Part shown: one piece after another, positions 62,176 through 64,000 of the stretch
Numbering within the stretch: the stretch's first letter is position 1
Layout of the letters: each line of letters begins with the position of its first letter
Virus record (IMG/VR): IMGVR_UViG_3300037423_000603
From: a virus
Strand: one strand, 5' to 3'
DNA length: 64,000 bases
The notes under the pieces: model-generated
Seen by the model: only the letters and a program-made list of their open reading frames with translations
Told to the model about the DNA's origin: nothing
Databases searched by the model: none
Position numbers and translations under genes: made by a program

Positions 62176-62949
62176 ATGGACGACTACGATCCCCAAGACG
62201 ACGCCGTGAAGTCCTACTACGCCGCAATAGAGGCGAAGCGGCTGCGCGGGGATGCGGCTATCCGCAAGGAAGTGCAGATCGGCGACTGCCGGCTCATCCT
62301 TGGCGATTGCCTTGAGGTACTGCCGGCGCTCGGCAAGGTCGATGCGGTGGTGACCGATCCGCCATATGGCATCAACGCGGCGCGCGACCGCAACTCGGAG
62401 AAATGGGGCTGGCGCGATTTCCCGGTGACTGGATGGGACAAGGACCGCCCATCACCGGAAGCGTTCAAGGCCATCCTCGGGGTCGCCGACCATCATGTCA
62501 TCTGGGGCGGAAATTACTTCTCCGACCTTCTTCCCGCCTCAGATAAATGGCTTGTTTGGGACAAGTGCCAGACCGACTTCTCTCTCGCGGATGTTGAGCT
62601 TGCATGGTGCTCATTTCCCGGCGCAGCCCGTCGCATCAGCTACCCGCGCTCACGCGCCCTGCAGGATGGCAAGGTCCACCACACCCAAAAGGCCCTTGAG
62701 GTCATGTCGTGGTCGCTTGGGCAGCTTCCCAAGGGCGTCCATACCGTCTGCGATCCTTATACCGGCTCCGGGACAACAGGCGTGGCCTGCGTGAAGGCCG
62801 GCCTCTCGTTCATCGGCATTGAGGTCAACGAGCATTATTTCGACATCGCCTGCGAGCGCATACGCAAGGCGTACGCCCAGCCAGACATGTTCGTTCCACG
62901 CCCGCCAAAGCCGAAGCAGGAAAGCCTCTTCAACGGAGAGGCCGCATGA
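62176..62949 (+). CDS. Amino (N6A/N4C) DNA methyltransferase, beta-class
   Basis: TDPPYG, HHTQKA, CDPYTGSGTTG. Confidence 0.92.
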   Translation: MDDYDPQDDAVKSYYAAIEAKRLRGDAAIRKEVQIGDCRLILGDCLEVLPALGKVDAVVTDPPYGINAARDRNSEKWGWRDFPVTGWDKDRPSPEAFKAILGVADHHVIWGGNYFSDLLPASDKWLVWDKCQTDFSLADVELAWCSFPGAARRISYPRSRALQDGKVHHTQKALEVMSWSLGQLPKGVHTVCDPYTGSGTTGVACVKAGLSFIGIEVNEHYFDIACERIRKAYAQPDMFVPRPPKPKQESLFNGEAA

Positions 62950-63308
62950 TCCGCATAGAGATTCCCTTTCCCGTGCCGCTCTCCGCCTGCTTCACAAATG
63001 CACCTGGCAAAGGCCGCGTGCCTACATCTCGCTACAAGGCATGGCAGACCGAAGCCATGTGGTCGATCAAGGCGCAGCGCGTTAAGCCGGTGGGCGGACA
63101 GGTCTCGGTATTCATTCGCCTCGTCGCTCCCGACAAGCGCCATCGTGACGCCGGCAATTGCGACAAGGCCATAGGCGACATCCTGGTCAAGGCCGGGATC
63201 ATCAAGGACGACAGCAACAGATACATCCGCCGGCTCACCTACGAATGGGCCGAGGAAGGGCCGCCCTGCGTAGTGGTCATCCAGGAAGCAGAACAACTAG
63301 CAGCATAA
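62946..63308 (+). CDS. rusA: RusA-family resolvase
   Basis: DAGNCDKAIGDIL..GIIKDDS. Confidence 0.85.
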   Translation: MIRIEIPFPVPLSACFTNAPGKGRVPTSRYKAWQTEAMWSIKAQRVKPVGGQVSVFIRLVAPDKRHRDAGNCDKAIGDILVKAGIIKDDSNRYIRRLTYEWAEEGPPCVVVIQEAEQLAA

Positions 63309-63339
63309 GGGCGCAAAGCGCCACATGAGGGTTTGGGAA

Positions 63340-63855
63340 ATGGGCAAGCGTTCCGATTTCGCGCGTCGACCGATGGACGCCTACGCGACGCCGTTCTCAG
63401 CGGTCATTCCGTTGATTCCGCATCTGCGTGGAGTCGAGACATTTGCGGAGCCGTGCTGCGGCGAGCTGGATCTGGTGAACCACCTGACCGGTTTTGGCCT
63501 CCAATGCGTCTATTACAGCGACATCCAGCGAGGCCATGACGCGCTCGATCTGGTGATGATTGATGCCGATGCGATCATAACCAACCCGCCGTGGACGCGG
63601 GAAATCCTTCACCCGATGATCCGGCATTTCCAGCGGCTTGCGCCGACTTGGCTGCTTTTTGACGCTGATTGGGCTCATACGCGCCAGTCCGCCCATCTGA
63701 TCGCCAATTGCAGCCACATCGTAGCCGTCGGGCGCGTGAAGTGGATTGCCGGCTCAAAGTACACAGGCAAGGACAACTGCGCCTGGTACCGCTTCCACGC
63801 CCAACACCATGACGGGCCGCGCTTCATAGGCCCGATGCTCAAGGAGGCCGCATGA
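63340..63855 (+). CDS. Small amino-DNA-methyltransferase-like protein
   Basis: YATP, FAEPCCG, SDI, IITNPPW. Confidence 0.8.
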   Translation: MGKRSDFARRPMDAYATPFSAVIPLIPHLRGVETFAEPCCGELDLVNHLTGFGLQCVYYSDIQRGHDALDLVMIDADAIITNPPWTREILHPMIRHFQRLAPTWLLFDADWAHTRQSAHLIANCSHIVAVGRVKWIAGSKYTGKDNCAWYRFHAQHHDGPRFIGPMLKEAA

Positions 63856-64000
63856 CAGACTTCGATACATTCTGGGCGGCCTATCCCCGTCGCGTCGCCA
63901 AGGGCCACGCGCGATCGGCCTTCGACAAGGCGATACGCAAAACCACCATCGAAAAGATGCTCTCGGCGATAGCGGATTACATCCGCTTCAAGCCGGAGCG
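63852..64000 (+). CDS. Replication-initiator C-domain-like protein (partial; homologue of 7962..8363)
   Basis: MTDFDTFWAAYPRRVAKGHARSAFDKAIRKTT. Confidence 0.75.
   Translation, partial: MTDFDTFWAAYPRRVAKGHARSAFDKAIRKTTIEKMLSAIADYIRFKPE

Larger units (their letters stand above)
47001..64000. mobile_element. Prophage 2 (left part; related to but heteroimmune with prophage 1)
   Basis: Integrase at the left end, early-left operon, a different cI/cro and operators, many genes paralogous to prophage 1 in the same order. Confidence 0.88.

Noticed and set aside
1-64000. CRISPR array, reverse transcriptase/DGR, group I/II intron or rRNA
   Set aside because: No regularly spaced repeat-spacer units, no RT (YxDD) gene and no intron or rRNA signatures were seen.

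Overview
The window is entirely prophage DNA from an alphaproteobacterial host, probably Rhizobiales or Mesorhizobium-like (inferred from the GcrA, TadG and GTA-like tail homologues). It holds two related but heteroimmune siphovirus-type prophages in tandem. Prophage 1 (<1 to ~47.0 kb) runs from early-left genes through the repressor/cro switch, MTase-RusA-GcrA-NusG, packaging, head, tail, lysis and a right accessory arm. Prophage 2 (~47.0 kb to >64 kb) starts with a tyrosine integrase and covers the early-left recombination genes, an S24-type repressor/cro switch and MTase-RusA genes. The most notable items are: (i) a catalytically intact TnpB with its omegaRNA/right end, no tnpA and no visible left end, coupled to a phage gene; (ii) an exactly duplicated 98-bp element with a tRNA-like acceptor stem, T-arm and CCA end, one copy in the late leader and one as a stand-alone promoter-to-terminator unit; (iii) an acetyltransferase plus three glycosyltransferase-like genes between portal and scaffold, a candidate virion-glycosylation cassette; (iv) a full-length TadG-like pilus gene carried as an antisense moron; (v) an antisense ORF family conserved between the two phages. 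All product calls come from reading motifs by eye; no database searches were run.
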